Below are positions 50,721-60,604 of a stretch of DNA of 64,000 nucleotides, piece by piece. This stretch comes from Patescibacteria group bacterium (GTDB taxonomy: Bacteria; Patescibacteriota; Patescibacteriia; Buchananbacterales; UBA6539). Position numbers and translations under genes: made by a program. Each line of letters starts with the position of its first letter. Position 1 is the stretch's first letter. The stretch lies in the NCBI GenBank assembly GCA_041649675.1, contig JBAZMQ010000007.1, positions 2,948-66,947 on the forward strand. The letters run 5' to 3'. Under the pieces are notes generated by a model. That model was not told the origin of the DNA. It worked only from the letters and a program-made list of their open reading frames with translations, and did not search any database.

Positions 50721-52151
50721 CTAACTTAAGCGAGGGAATAATGGTTCACCCTTTTTGATGACTTCGGCGGTAAATATCTTTTCAATTTTCTCGGCAGTTT
50801 GAGGTAAAAATGGCACTAACAAATGACTGATTTCTAAAATACCATCCAAGGCTTGAAGTAAAACTTTTTCCAACTCTTTGGTTTTGCCCTCTTTGGCTAA
50901 GACCCAAGGCTTGGTTTGGGCAATTAAACCATCAATTTTTGAAATCTTTTCCCAAATATACTTTAAGGCCTGATCAAATAAAAATCCCTGGATTAATTTA
51001 TCACATTGCTTATCTTGCTTATCTTGCTTATCTTGTTTGATGCTTATTCCACTCTGCTCAATTAAACCCGCCACCCGAGAAACCAAATTGCCCAGACCGT
51101 TGGACAAGTCGGCCGTATAGGCCTGCTCAAATTTATCAATGGTAAAATCACTATCTTCAAACGGATTAATATGCCTTAACAAATAATAGCGCAAAGCGTC
51201 GGTTCCGTATTTTTCAACCAACTCAAAAGGATTTACCACGTTACCCAGACTTTTGCTCATTTTTTGATTACCACTGACAATAAAGCCGTGAATAAAAATC
51301 TTTTTTGAATTTGGCAAACCGGCTGACATTAACATGGCTTGCCACATGGCTGATTGCTGGCGCAAATTGTCTTTACCGGCCACCTGAACACCGGGCCAAA
51401 ACTTTTTAAAATTAGCTTTTGCTTTGGGCCAACCAAGAGTTGAGATATAATTAATCAAAGCATCAAACCAAACATACATAACATGATCCGAGTCATTTGG
51501 CACCGGTATACCCCAAGGCATTTTTTGCTTTAATCGGGAAATACTAAAGTCATTCAAACCGCTTTGGACAAACTTTTTAATTTCATTAAATCGAAAATCC
51601 GGCACAACGAAATCCGGATTTTTTTCATAAAACTCAAGCAAAGGTTTGGCGTAGCGGGAAAATTTGAAAAAATAATTTTCTTCCTCAATTATTTCTAATT
51701 TAAGGTTGGGGTGATTAGGACAACAACCATCAACCAATTCGGAAGCGGTTTTTTCCAATTCGCAACCCGAGCAATAATTAATTTTTGAAATCTTTTTTTC
51801 AATATCACCATTCTTGACGCAGAGTTGCCAAAATTCGGCGGCCGCTTTTTTATGATTATCATCAGTAGTTCTAATAAAATTAGTGTAACTTAAATTAAGT
51901 GCCTGTTTGAGATGGTCAAATTTAGCCGCATAAATATCAGCGTAGACTTGAGGATCTTGTTTTGCCTCAAGTGCCTTGCGGTAAATTTTTACCCCATGCT
52001 CATCAGTGCCGGTATTAAACACCACCTCATCGCCAAGTTGTCGCTGATGACGAGCGATTACGTCCGCTTGAATAATTTCCAAAGCAAAGCCGATGTGCGG
52101 ATCGGCATTAACATAGGGCAAGGTGGTAGTAATGTAGAATTTTTTTGCCAT
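50721..52151 (-). CDS. metG: methionyl-tRNA synthetase (short form)
   Basis: HIGF (HIGH) and KMSKS motifs; Zn knuckle CSGC..C. Confidence 0.9.
   Translation of the reverse strand: MAKKFYITTTLPYVNADPHIGFALEIIQADVIARHQRQLGDEVVFNTGTDEHGVKIYRKALEAKQDPQVYADIYAAKFDHLKQALNLSYTNFIRTTDDNHKKAAAEFWQLCVKNGDIEKKISKINYCSGCELEKTASELVDGCCPNHPNLKLEIIEEENYFFKFSRYAKPLLEFYEKNPDFVVPDFRFNEIKKFVQSGLNDFSISRLKQKMPWGIPVPNDSDHVMYVWFDALINYISTLGWPKAKANFKKFWPGVQVAGKDNLRQQSAMWQAMLMSAGLPNSKKIFIHGFIVSGNQKMSKSLGNVVNPFELVEKYGTDALRYYLLRHINPFEDSDFTIDKFEQAYTADLSNGLGNLVSRVAGLIEQSGISIKQDKQDKQDKQCDKLIQGFLFDQALKYIWEKISKIDGLIAQTKPWVLAKEGKTKELEKVLLQALDGILEISHLLVPFLPQTAEKIEKIFTAEVIKKGEPLFPRLS
51008..51036. repeat. in-frame 9-mer tandem repeat (cttatcttg x3) in metG encoding KQDKQDKQDKQ
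   Basis: directly visible. Confidence 0.6.
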
Positions 52152-52230
52152 AATTCAATATCTTTCTATATCTAAAAAATAACACAAAATTGTGTATTTT
52201 TCAAGCTATTAACTTACTTAAATATTTTGG

Positions 52231-52896
52231 CTATTTACCCGAAACAATTACCACAAACTCCCCTTTAACCATATCGGCAGTCAATTTAGCCAATACTTCT
52301 TTGACCGAACCCCGATAAACTGTCTCAAACTTTTTGGTCAGTTCACGGCATAAAACCACTTCTCGGTTCAAACCAAACTCATAGAGCTGGCCCAAAGTCT
52401 TTTCAATTCGATGAACTGATTCGTAAAAAACCGCCGGGTATTTTAAACTAACAATTTCCTTAAGCAAAGTTTCACGGCCCTTTTTGTGAGGTAAAAACCC
52501 TAAAAAGAAAAACCGGTCAAGCGGCAAACCCGCCACCGATAAAGCCGCTGCTAAAGCTGATGGCCCAGGGACAGATTCAACCATAACGCCCTGGTCAAAA
52601 GCCGCTTTGACCAACAAACCACCGGGGTCAGAAATTCCCGGCGTACCAGCATCGGACACCAAAGCGATGTTTTTGCCTTCCTTGATTTTATAAATTAAAA
52701 AATCAATTTTGCCAACCTGGCTATGCTGATGGTAACTAATGGTTGGCTTATTAATCCGGTAATGATCCAATATCTTTTTAGTTACCCGCGTATCTTCACA
52801 GGCAATCAAATCAACTTCTTTTAAAATTCTTAAAGCCCGCAACGTAATGTCTTCTAAATTACCAATTGGGGTTGCGACTACAAATAATTTTGCCAT
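52231..52896 (-). CDS. rsmI: 16S rRNA (cytidine1402-2'-O)-methyltransferase
   Basis: tetrapyrrole-methylase fold; PIGNLEDIT and ACEDTR motifs. Confidence 0.9.
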   Translation of the reverse strand: MAKLFVVATPIGNLEDITLRALRILKEVDLIACEDTRVTKKILDHYRINKPTISYHQHSQVGKIDFLIYKIKEGKNIALVSDAGTPGISDPGGLLVKAAFDQGVMVESVPGPSALAAALSVAGLPLDRFFFLGFLPHKKGRETLLKEIVSLKYPAVFYESVHRIEKTLGQLYEFGLNREVVLCRELTKKFETVYRGSVKEVLAKLTADMVKGEFVVIVSGK

Positions 52897-53004
52897 ATTT
52901 TTATTTCATTAAATTGCTAGCTTAAGCATAATATAAAAACTAACTTTTTTCAACAAAAAATAAAAAATCTTGAATTCAATGCTATTTACTGTTAGAATTA
53001 AGCT

Positions 53005-53766
53005 ATGAAACAACCAAAACGTTTAGCCATCTATTTAATTATCGCCATAGCGGTTTTTTTATACCTGAACCGTTCTTATGCTTATATTTATAATCATATT
53101 GATAATATGAATTTAACTAGTCCGGGCACGCAGCAATCTTACAGTTTTAAAAATCCCAGCCTACAAGCAGATATGATAAAGTATGTGGCTTTAGGTGACA
53201 GCTTAACTGCCGGGGTTGGCAGCAATGATTACCAAAAAACATTTCCCTACCTTTTAGCCATGAAGCTGATGGAAAAAAATGATGTTACTTTAACTAACTT
53301 GGGCGGACCAGGAGCTAAAACCAAAGATGTTATTACCGATCAAATAGACAAAGCAGCTGCGCTAAACCCCGACTACCTAACACTCTTGATTGGCACTAAT
53401 GATATCCACGGTTTAGTTTCGGCCAAAAAATTCCAAACTAACTTTCAAACTATTATTGATCAGCTTACTGCCAAAACCAAAGCTAAAATTATTGTAATCA
53501 ATATTCCCTATTTAGGTGCTGGTAATTTGATTTTACCGCCTTATGATTCATATTTTGACAATAAAACCAAACAGTTTAACCAGATAATAAAAAAAATTGC
53601 TGACCAAAAATCTCTTTGCTATATTGACTTATATGGTCAAAGTAAAAAATCTTTTGCTCAAAACCAAAAACTTTATTACTCAAGTGACCTTTTTCACCCT
53701 TCTGCCCAAGGCTACCAGCTTTGGTCAGAAATAATTTATGCAAATTCAAGTTGCTTTTCCAATTGA
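53005..53766 (+). CDS. SGNH/GDSL hydrolase family protein, membrane-anchored
   Basis: GDSLTAG block I, GTND block, DLFHPS block V. Confidence 0.8.
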   Translation: MKQPKRLAIYLIIAIAVFLYLNRSYAYIYNHIDNMNLTSPGTQQSYSFKNPSLQADMIKYVALGDSLTAGVGSNDYQKTFPYLLAMKLMEKNDVTLTNLGGPGAKTKDVITDQIDKAAALNPDYLTLLIGTNDIHGLVSAKKFQTNFQTIIDQLTAKTKAKIIVINIPYLGAGNLILPPYDSYFDNKTKQFNQIIKKIADQKSLCYIDLYGQSKKSFAQNQKLYYSSDLFHPSAQGYQLWSEIIYANSSCFSN

Positions 53767-54859
53767 ACAAACCGTAATTTTTAGTTTAGTTTTATTTGCG
53801 GTTATCCTAGTTTCTTTCCGAAAAAAGAAAGAAGCTTCTTTCTTTCCTCTTTCCGTTACCAATGAACTCAAAGGTTTTGGTATTTTAGCCGTGATTTTTT
53901 CTCATATCGGCTATTTTTTGTCAACCAATACCAGTTTTTTATTTCCGCTTTCCACTGTGGCTGGCGTCGGCGTTGACCTTTTTCTTTTTCTATCCGGCTA
54001 TGGTTTGGCCATTTCCGCTTTCAATAAAAAATTGTTGCCCTGGCAATTTTACAAAAAAAGGCTGACTAAACTTTTCTTGCCGCTTTGGGTAATAGTGGCA
54101 CTTTTTTTAATTTTAGATTGGCTACTACTAAAAAAATTCTATCCGCTGGCCGAAGTTGCTGGCAGCTTCTTAGGCTATTTCCCGCAGGCGGATATTTTTC
54201 TAAATTTCAATTCACCGCTTTGGTATTTTACTCTCATCTTTTTCTTTTACCTAATTTTTCCTTGGGTGTTTGATCCGCGACGGCCAACAATCTCAGCAAT
54301 AATGATAGCAGTCTTAAGCTACCTGATTTTATTGATTGATTTACCGGTGACAGAATCAGTTTTGCATCTCTACAAACTTCATTATTTAGCCTTTCCTTTG
54401 GGCGTTTTGTTTGCTGCTGGTTTTTGTAAAATTTCCTTTTGGCAAAAATTTATTCCCACTAAGCTGGAAAAAATATTATACCGCTTAACTCATTTAAAAA
54501 CCTGGGGCCGAATTCTAGTTTTAATAATTTTAGGTGCAGTTATTGCTTATTTCTTCATCAATTCCGGCGTTGGCAAAAAAGAAATCATTACTCAAACGAT
54601 TAGTTTAATTACGGCTTTTGGTTTAGTTTTATTTTTCCTGATTAAAAAAGGCCAATTCAAAATTCTGACTATTTTAGGAATCTATTCCTATGAAATTTAT
54701 TTAATCCATTGGCCCATTTTATATCGCTATGATATTTTCTATAAATTTTTTCCCGCTGCCATCGCAACCATTTTATATTTGATTTCTTTTGTGGGGTTAG
54801 GCTGGCTGCTACATAAAATTCAGCATAAAATATTAAAAAAACTACCGGGCTTGAACTAA
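53738..54859 (+). CDS. acyltransferase family 3 (OafA/YrhL-type) membrane O-acyltransferase
   Basis: about 10 TM; GILAVIFSH motif; overlaps SGNH gene end. Confidence 0.75.
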   Translation: MQIQVAFPIEQTVIFSLVLFAVILVSFRKKKEASFFPLSVTNELKGFGILAVIFSHIGYFLSTNTSFLFPLSTVAGVGVDLFLFLSGYGLAISAFNKKLLPWQFYKKRLTKLFLPLWVIVALFLILDWLLLKKFYPLAEVAGSFLGYFPQADIFLNFNSPLWYFTLIFFFYLIFPWVFDPRRPTISAIMIAVLSYLILLIDLPVTESVLHLYKLHYLAFPLGVLFAAGFCKISFWQKFIPTKLEKILYRLTHLKTWGRILVLIILGAVIAYFFINSGVGKKEIITQTISLITAFGLVLFFLIKKGQFKILTILGIYSYEIYLIHWPILYRYDIFYKFFPAAIATILYLISFVGLGWLLHKIQHKILKKLPGLN

Positions 54860-54874
54860 TATCGCCTTAAAATA

Positions 54875-54898
54875 AGCACCATGCCTTTGGTGCTTTTA
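54875..54898 (+). terminator. rho-independent terminator
   Basis: agcacca..tggtgct stem plus T-run. Confidence 0.55.
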
Positions 54899-54991
54899 TA
54901 ATTGACAAATTACCTGCTGATTTGCTAAGTTTATACCGACAGAAATCACAAAAAACCAGCTAAACTGCAGATACTGCAAAGGAGAAGTGCC

Positions 54992-55372
54992 GTGGCTAAC
55001 ATCTATAACCGTCGAGTAACTGACTTTCTGTTGCCGCTAATTGCGTCTGACCAAAAGACTCTGGAAGTCTGTTTAGGCCGACGCAACAAACGCCGAGTCA
55101 AAGTCGGCGACATCATTGAATTCAATGGTAAAGTTCAAAAACGAGTGACGGCCATTCGGGAATATCCCGACTTTGACGTGATGATGGAAAAAGAAAACGC
55201 CGAATTGATCTGTCCCGGAGCTGGCGCCGAAAAAATTCTTGGTTGGTTGAAACAAAAGCACAAGCCCTGGAGTATTCAGAACTACGGCGTACTAGTGTTT
55301 GAACTGCAACCATTGGCCGAAGAGTCGGCCGAGACACACCAAATCCAGGAGGCTTGCAATGCCGAGTCATAA
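54992..55372 (+). CDS. ASCH domain protein (YqfB-like)
   Basis: colinear with E. coli YqfB pattern (LxGxKTxExR..VGDxIxF...FEL); GC-rich. Confidence 0.55.
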   Translation: MANIYNRRVTDFLLPLIASDQKTLEVCLGRRNKRRVKVGDIIEFNGKVQKRVTAIREYPDFDVMMEKENAELICPGAGAEKILGWLKQKHKPWSIQNYGVLVFELQPLAEESAETHQIQEACNAES

Positions 55373-55700
55373 GGCAGGTATCCAAATAATACTTCACGGT
55401 CCTCGCGAGGTACTGGACATCACTGGAGGTTTCTTTGCCAATGCTCCGGCATTCCGATTAGCCGGTGGCACCTATGAAGCCAAACGGCTTGAGCTTTCAG
55501 GCCGGAAGTTATTGGTCATCCGCTTACCGGCAACTGAAACGGAAAAATCCAAGCTTGTTGGCATGGAAGAAACCATTTGGCGCGGCTATGGCGGCCCAGA
55601 GCTGGGCGCAAGACAAATTGAAATCATTGAGGCAAAACCTGCCTCTCAGCCAATTCACCATCACCGCTCTTTATTTCGGCGCCAAGGCCGCCGTTTTTAA
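55359..55700 (+). CDS. hypothetical protein overlapping ASCH gene end
   Basis: ATG with aggagg SD 6 nt upstream; terminator downstream. Confidence 0.45.
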   Translation: MPSHKAGIQIILHGPREVLDITGGFFANAPAFRLAGGTYEAKRLELSGRKLLVIRLPATETEKSKLVGMEETIWRGYGGPELGARQIEIIEAKPASQPIHHHRSLFRRQGRRF

Positions 55701-55713
55701 CCAGTAATTCCAC

Positions 55714-55747
55714 GGAGAATGTCACCTGACCTTCTCCTTCTTTTTTT
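55714..55747 (+). terminator. rho-independent terminator
   Basis: ggagaa..ttctcc stem plus T-run. Confidence 0.6.
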
Positions 55748-55803
55748 ATTAAAAAAAGGCTGATGATTTTTATGTCATCAACCAGAACTTAACAAAGAAA
55801 CGA

Positions 55804-57378
55804 TTAATATTGGTAGTGCCTCATAAATCGCCGATATTTGACACCCATCGAATCAATCATATCCTGGGCTGATAGCGGATGTGAAGTATTGATTGGCTCA
55901 CCACGCTCAATATTACCGGCCACTGCTGGCAGATCAGTAATCAGTCCAGCACCCAATCCGGCGACTAAGGCCATACCGCGGCCACCACCGCCCTGACCAG
56001 CAACCAAAGGCCGGACAATGACCTTAGGATTAATTGCTTTCAAACCCGCAGTTAGAAGCCTTGAATAAAACAGACTTTTACTGCCGCCGCCCATCAAGGT
56101 AACGTCATTCATGGTTACGCCCTGGTAGCTTAAACAGATCTCATAGTGAAGCATCTGTTGAAAAACTACCCCTAAGAGCAAACCAAGAAATACATCACCG
56201 GCCGATGTTGTCGGCGTAAGGCCAAGCCACCGACCGCGCAATTCTGGATTCCAACCATTCTGGCCAGTCCGTTCCCCGGCATAGCGGCAATCGATAATAA
56301 GATTATGTTTCTCAAAGTTGACTGCCATGGCCAGTTGGTCCAATTCGCTGAGAGGCAATCGGGTGTTCAGTTCAGTTTCCGAGATTTCTTCGCCCGGCTG
56401 CAGCCGCAAGAGCATGCGGCGGAACTGCTCAATGCAAGCACCGGCGGAAAGGTTTGTGGAAAGGAGGTGCGACAGCCCATTGATGTAACCATACGATTGA
56501 ACTCGGCCGCCACCTTCAGTGTCAACGACAAGGCTAGAAGTTGGTACCACAAAGATGCCCGCTGTGCCTAAGATGGCACAGACTTGGCCCGGCTTTGTCA
56601 CGCCGCAGCCAGCCGCCCCGGCCGCGCAATCACCCAAACCGCCATAAAGCCGCATCCCATCAGGAATTCCGGTTTCTTCTTCAATTCCCCAAATTTCACC
56701 GACCAACTCATTGGGCGAAATTACTTCTGGCCAAAACTCAACGGGAATACCAGCCCAATCCGCCACTTCGGCAGACCAACAATTCTTGGCAACATCAAAG
56801 GCGCTCGTACCCGCGGCGTCATTGTAGTTGAGACAAAACCTGCCGGTTAACCGATAGCCAAACAGGCTGTTAAGCAACGTCACATGTCTGGCCTGCTGGA
56901 ATAAGTCCGGTTGGCTTCGCTTCACCAAAAGGGAATGGAATAAACTGTAGCCCGGAGCGGGATGGTTATTCGTCATCTCAATTACCCGAGCCAAGCCAAA
57001 TTGCTTAATCATTTCTGACACGATGTCACTACCGGCAGTATTGTTCCAGAGAATTACTCGGTCGCGCAGCGGTTGGTGACTCTCGTCAGTAAAAACAGAT
57101 GTGTGCATTTGGACAGTTATAGCCATGGCTCCGGCCAACAAATTGTCACGGGTATAACCCATTTTATACAATTTATTGGTCAGATCGCGCAAGGCCTTTT
57201 TGACCGCCTGCCAAATCTGCTCGGTAAGCTGTTCACTGCTGCCTATGCCATCACCAAGAATGGCATAACCGCCGATCGGGTCACTTTCTATGATCAGTTT
57301 GCCGTTAGAATCGTAGGCAACAGCCTTGGTACCGCTAGTACCACTATCAACACCCACTAAAACTGGTCCTGTGTTCAT
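55804..57378 (-). CDS. FGGY-family carbohydrate kinase
   Basis: N-terminal VLVGVDSGTSGTKAV; FGGY C-terminal domain; SD aaggag at start 57378; GC-rich. Confidence 0.8.
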   Translation of the reverse strand: MNTGPVLVGVDSGTSGTKAVAYDSNGKLIIESDPIGGYAILGDGIGSSEQLTEQIWQAVKKALRDLTNKLYKMGYTRDNLLAGAMAITVQMHTSVFTDESHQPLRDRVILWNNTAGSDIVSEMIKQFGLARVIEMTNNHPAPGYSLFHSLLVKRSQPDLFQQARHVTLLNSLFGYRLTGRFCLNYNDAAGTSAFDVAKNCWSAEVADWAGIPVEFWPEVISPNELVGEIWGIEEETGIPDGMRLYGGLGDCAAGAAGCGVTKPGQVCAILGTAGIFVVPTSSLVVDTEGGGRVQSYGYINGLSHLLSTNLSAGACIEQFRRMLLRLQPGEEISETELNTRLPLSELDQLAMAVNFEKHNLIIDCRYAGERTGQNGWNPELRGRWLGLTPTTSAGDVFLGLLLGVVFQQMLHYEICLSYQGVTMNDVTLMGGGSKSLFYSRLLTAGLKAINPKVIVRPLVAGQGGGGRGMALVAGLGAGLITDLPAVAGNIERGEPINTSHPLSAQDMIDSMGVKYRRFMRHYQY

Positions 57379-57614
57379 AACTAAACTCCTTACGATCATC
57401 CAAAACCGGATTTTTCTGCCCACAACAGGTGGACAAATCCAGTTTGACTCTATCTACTCATTCCCTGTCAGGTGATGCTCGAGTTCCCATAGCGCTTCTC
57501 CTTATGTTGAAAAACCACAAATTGTTCAAGTTCAATTTCATTGTTTGCTGCCACTCTATCATGCAGCAATCTCAAACATCTTAACCCATTTTTAGCTGAA
57601 TAGTCAATTAAATT

Positions 57615-57650
57615 AAAAATAAAAAAACTCCCCAAACCGCTTTTGCTTTT
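57615..57650 (-). terminator. rho-independent terminator for 57678..58451
   Basis: minus-strand ctcctcaaa..tttggggag stem (1 mismatch) plus T7. Confidence 0.45.
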
Positions 57651-57677
57651 GAGGAGAAAATAAACCAAAGAACCAGA

Positions 57678-58451
57678 CTAGATGGCCAGCACCAAAGGGA
57701 ACAAATGCGGCGATTGGTAAGAAAGCAACTGATGGAGCTGGCAAAGCAAGCCGTAAGGCAGTTCGTTTAGCAGGCGCAGCTCTGCTCGCGGCCAACAGAC
57801 GCAGCCGCCATTGCTGGCTTTACAGCTTTTGATTTTGAAGGTAAAAACCTGATGCCCATTTTTGCGATGCTGCCAATGGCAGACTACACGGACATCAAGA
57901 CCGCCGACATATCGGCCGCTTGCCTGGCCCGGATTGCCAAGATAGCATTTGCCAAGATGAATTGAAAACTGACGGGTCTGGCAGCGACGGGGCAAAACTG
58001 GCAAGCGATGTTTGACCGGATGCAAAACACTGACTTCAAAGTCAATGAATGCTTCCGACACCAACACCAGCCTATAGGGGCTTTGCTCAACTTGAGCTAA
58101 ACGACTTTCGCGGTGGCAGCGGGCAGCCAAGCGGCGTTTGGCTTTTCCGCTAAATGGTTTAATAACCAGTTGGATCGGCTGAGCCACCCGGTTTTTAGCC
58201 CGATTACGTTTGGCCTTTGCTCGCCGGTGGCGCAGCTCCCAAACGCTTGCCTGCTTCAAGATGCTATCCAAGGCCTGCTGGCCAAAATTGGACATTTCAA
58301 GCAACTGAGCGGGCAAATCGGTGGCTAAAACTGCTTGGGCAAATCCTTGCTGGCAAATAGCCTGGCTAAATACCAGATCCGAACCGATCCGATCGATCAA
58401 AATCTGTTCAAAATACTTTTTCAACTGCTTAATTATTTTTCTTCGTGTCAT
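57678..58451 (-). CDS. hypothetical highly basic protein (possible nucleic-acid-binding/mobile-element remnant)
   Basis: ATG 58451 with aaaggag SD; Arg/Lys-rich centre (RHRRAKAKRNRAKNR), Cys/His pairs near C-terminus; GC-rich. Confidence 0.45.
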   Translation of the reverse strand: MTRRKIIKQLKKYFEQILIDRIGSDLVFSQAICQQGFAQAVLATDLPAQLLEMSNFGQQALDSILKQASVWELRHRRAKAKRNRAKNRVAQPIQLVIKPFSGKAKRRLAARCHRESRLAQVEQSPYRLVLVSEAFIDFEVSVLHPVKHRLPVLPRRCQTRQFSIHLGKCYLGNPGQASGRYVGGLDVRVVCHWQHRKNGHQVFTFKIKSCKASNGGCVCWPRAELRLLNELPYGLLCQLHQLLSYQSPHLFPLVLAI

Positions 58452-58535
58452 GGAATATCTCCTTTTTCTACCAAAGGTTAAACCGCCGTAACTAAAAACA
58501 GAATAATATGGTCTTACTATTCTGTCAATCACGAT

Positions 58536-60119
58536 CTAGCTAAAATCTTTTTTACTTCGCAACAAGCGATGGTAACTAATGGCAAAGCGATGGGCCTCAT
58601 CACGAATCCGCTGAATTTGTTTTAAAGCAGCTGAGGCGGCAGGCAGCCTGATCGGATATTTATGATTGAGGGTAAAAATTTCTTCCTGCTTTTTTGCCAA
58701 AGCGATTAAAGGAACTTGCAAGCCTAATTGTTTTAAAGAAGCTAAAGCCGCTGACAACTGGGGTTTGCCACCATCAACCATAATCAAATCCGGAAACTGA
58801 GCCTTGGCTTGAATTAAACCATAATAACGGCGATAGACAACCTCTTTCATGGCGTCAAAATCAGATTGACCCTCAACCGTTTTAATCTTAAAGCGCCGAT
58901 AATTATTTTTATCACTTCGGCCGTCACGGAATTGAACCATTGAACCAACCATATTAGTCGGCCCTAAATTGGAAATATCAAAACACTCAATGACCCGCGG
59001 CAAAACCGGCAGCTTAAGAATCTCTTGCAATTCCACCAAGCTGCCCTGGCCTGACTTTAAACTAATCAGTAAATTCTTTTTTACCAATTCCAAAAGTTTG
59101 AATTTATCGCCTTTTTTGGGCACGGTAATTATTACCGAGCGCTTGGCTAATTTAGACAAATACTTTTCTAAAATATTTTGTTCAACTAAAACCTGGGGCA
59201 AAATTATTTCCTGGGGAATTTCATTGGCATAATAATATTGCTGCATGAATTCAGAAAGACTTTCACTAACCGGTTGCAATAGAGGTACTTTGATCTTTAA
59301 TTCTTTCCGGCCGGAAATTACGCCTTTATTGATATTAAACAATTGAATAACTAGATGATTTGGCAATTGAAAATAATTAATTACATCCTGGTCGTAACGA
59401 TGGCGCAAACTGATTTTTTGTTTTTCGGAAATATTTTGCAAGGCCGAAATTTGATTTCGTCTGACTGCAGCCATTTCATAATTAAGCTGATTAGAATAAT
59501 CTTTCATTTCGCCGGTTAACTTTTTTATTAATTCTGCGGTTTGGCCTTTTAGTAACAGCCTGACCGCTTCAATCCGCTGAGTATATTCTGGCTCGGTCAC
59601 GTTTTGAATCCAAGGCGAAGTGGCTAACCGAATCCGACCAAGGGCTAAATCTTTTTTAAACATTCGTTTGTTAATCCGAAGCTTAAAGAGTCGCTCGGCT
59701 AACCGAATCATTTCCTGACGCGAAAAACCGGAAATGTATGGACCGTATAATTCATCACCTTTTTTAACATAGCGTTCAGTTACCAACCGAGGAAATTTTT
59801 CTTTGGTAATTTTAATGTAAGCATATCTAACGCCGGACTTAAGGTCGATATTATATTTAGGCTGATATTTCTTAATTAAACCTGATTCCAAAAGCAAGGC
59901 TTCAACCTCGCTATCCGTCACAAAATATTCCACGTCCGCGATTTCTCTAACTAAACTCAAAGTTTTATCAATTTGATTTTCTTTCCGAAAATACCAACCA
60001 ACCCGATTCCTTAAATTTTTGGCTTTGCCAATATAAATAATCCGGCCGGCTTTATTTTTGAACAAATAGCAACCCGGCTGTCTAGGCGCTTCCCTGATTT
60101 TTTTGGCTAATCTTGACAT
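58536..60119 (-). CDS. uvrC: excinuclease ABC subunit C
   Basis: GIY-YIG N-terminus (GCYLFKN..IYIGKAKNL), UvrBC and RNase H-like/HhH regions. Confidence 0.9.
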   Translation of the reverse strand: MSRLAKKIREAPRQPGCYLFKNKAGRIIYIGKAKNLRNRVGWYFRKENQIDKTLSLVREIADVEYFVTDSEVEALLLESGLIKKYQPKYNIDLKSGVRYAYIKITKEKFPRLVTERYVKKGDELYGPYISGFSRQEMIRLAERLFKLRINKRMFKKDLALGRIRLATSPWIQNVTEPEYTQRIEAVRLLLKGQTAELIKKLTGEMKDYSNQLNYEMAAVRRNQISALQNISEKQKISLRHRYDQDVINYFQLPNHLVIQLFNINKGVISGRKELKIKVPLLQPVSESLSEFMQQYYYANEIPQEIILPQVLVEQNILEKYLSKLAKRSVIITVPKKGDKFKLLELVKKNLLISLKSGQGSLVELQEILKLPVLPRVIECFDISNLGPTNMVGSMVQFRDGRSDKNNYRRFKIKTVEGQSDFDAMKEVVYRRYYGLIQAKAQFPDLIMVDGGKPQLSAALASLKQLGLQVPLIALAKKQEEIFTLNHKYPIRLPAASAALKQIQRIRDEAHRFAISYHRLLRSKKDFS

Positions 60120-60189
60120 TTTAGAAATTTATTGCTAATATATATCGTTGTTTAATATTACAATGTTATTGTACCTTAAGGAGGTTAAA

Positions 60190-60546
60190 ATGATAATTTC
60201 AGTGTTTGGAGGCTCATCTTCAGGCGGCGATGGTCCGGGCTGGGTACCAAACACGACTTACGTGTTTAGCCCACCAGTACTGGCAGACGGTATTCCGGCT
60301 CATAAACCAAGGCAGTGCGAAGTCCAAATTCTTGAGTTTGCACGCGGTTCATACGTCGGCTATATTAAAGGCAATCACGTTTTTCTGGGTATGCCCATCA
60401 ATGACCCGCGGCAAGTGCCAGAGGACAAACGTGAGTGCTTCTTCTATGTTAAGCCGAGTATTATCGGCTCAAGAATGGAAGTTGAAGCACCGCCAAGAAG
60501 ACCGGGCTGGATGAAGGAAATCCTTGAAAAAGAAGGTTTGGAATGA
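60190..60546 (+). CDS. hypothetical protein
   Basis: strong SD aaggagg 7 nt upstream of ATG; terminator downstream. Confidence 0.5.
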   Translation: MIISVFGGSSSGGDGPGWVPNTTYVFSPPVLADGIPAHKPRQCEVQILEFARGSYVGYIKGNHVFLGMPINDPRQVPEDKRECFFYVKPSIIGSRMEVEAPPRRPGWMKEILEKEGLE

Positions 60547-60576
60547 CGATTTGCATTTGCAGGTCGTCTTTTTTTA
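60545..60576 (+). terminator. rho-independent terminator
   Basis: gacga..tcgtc stem plus T8. Confidence 0.5.
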
Positions 60577-60604
60577 ACTAACCCTAAATACTACAACCTA
60601 CTCA

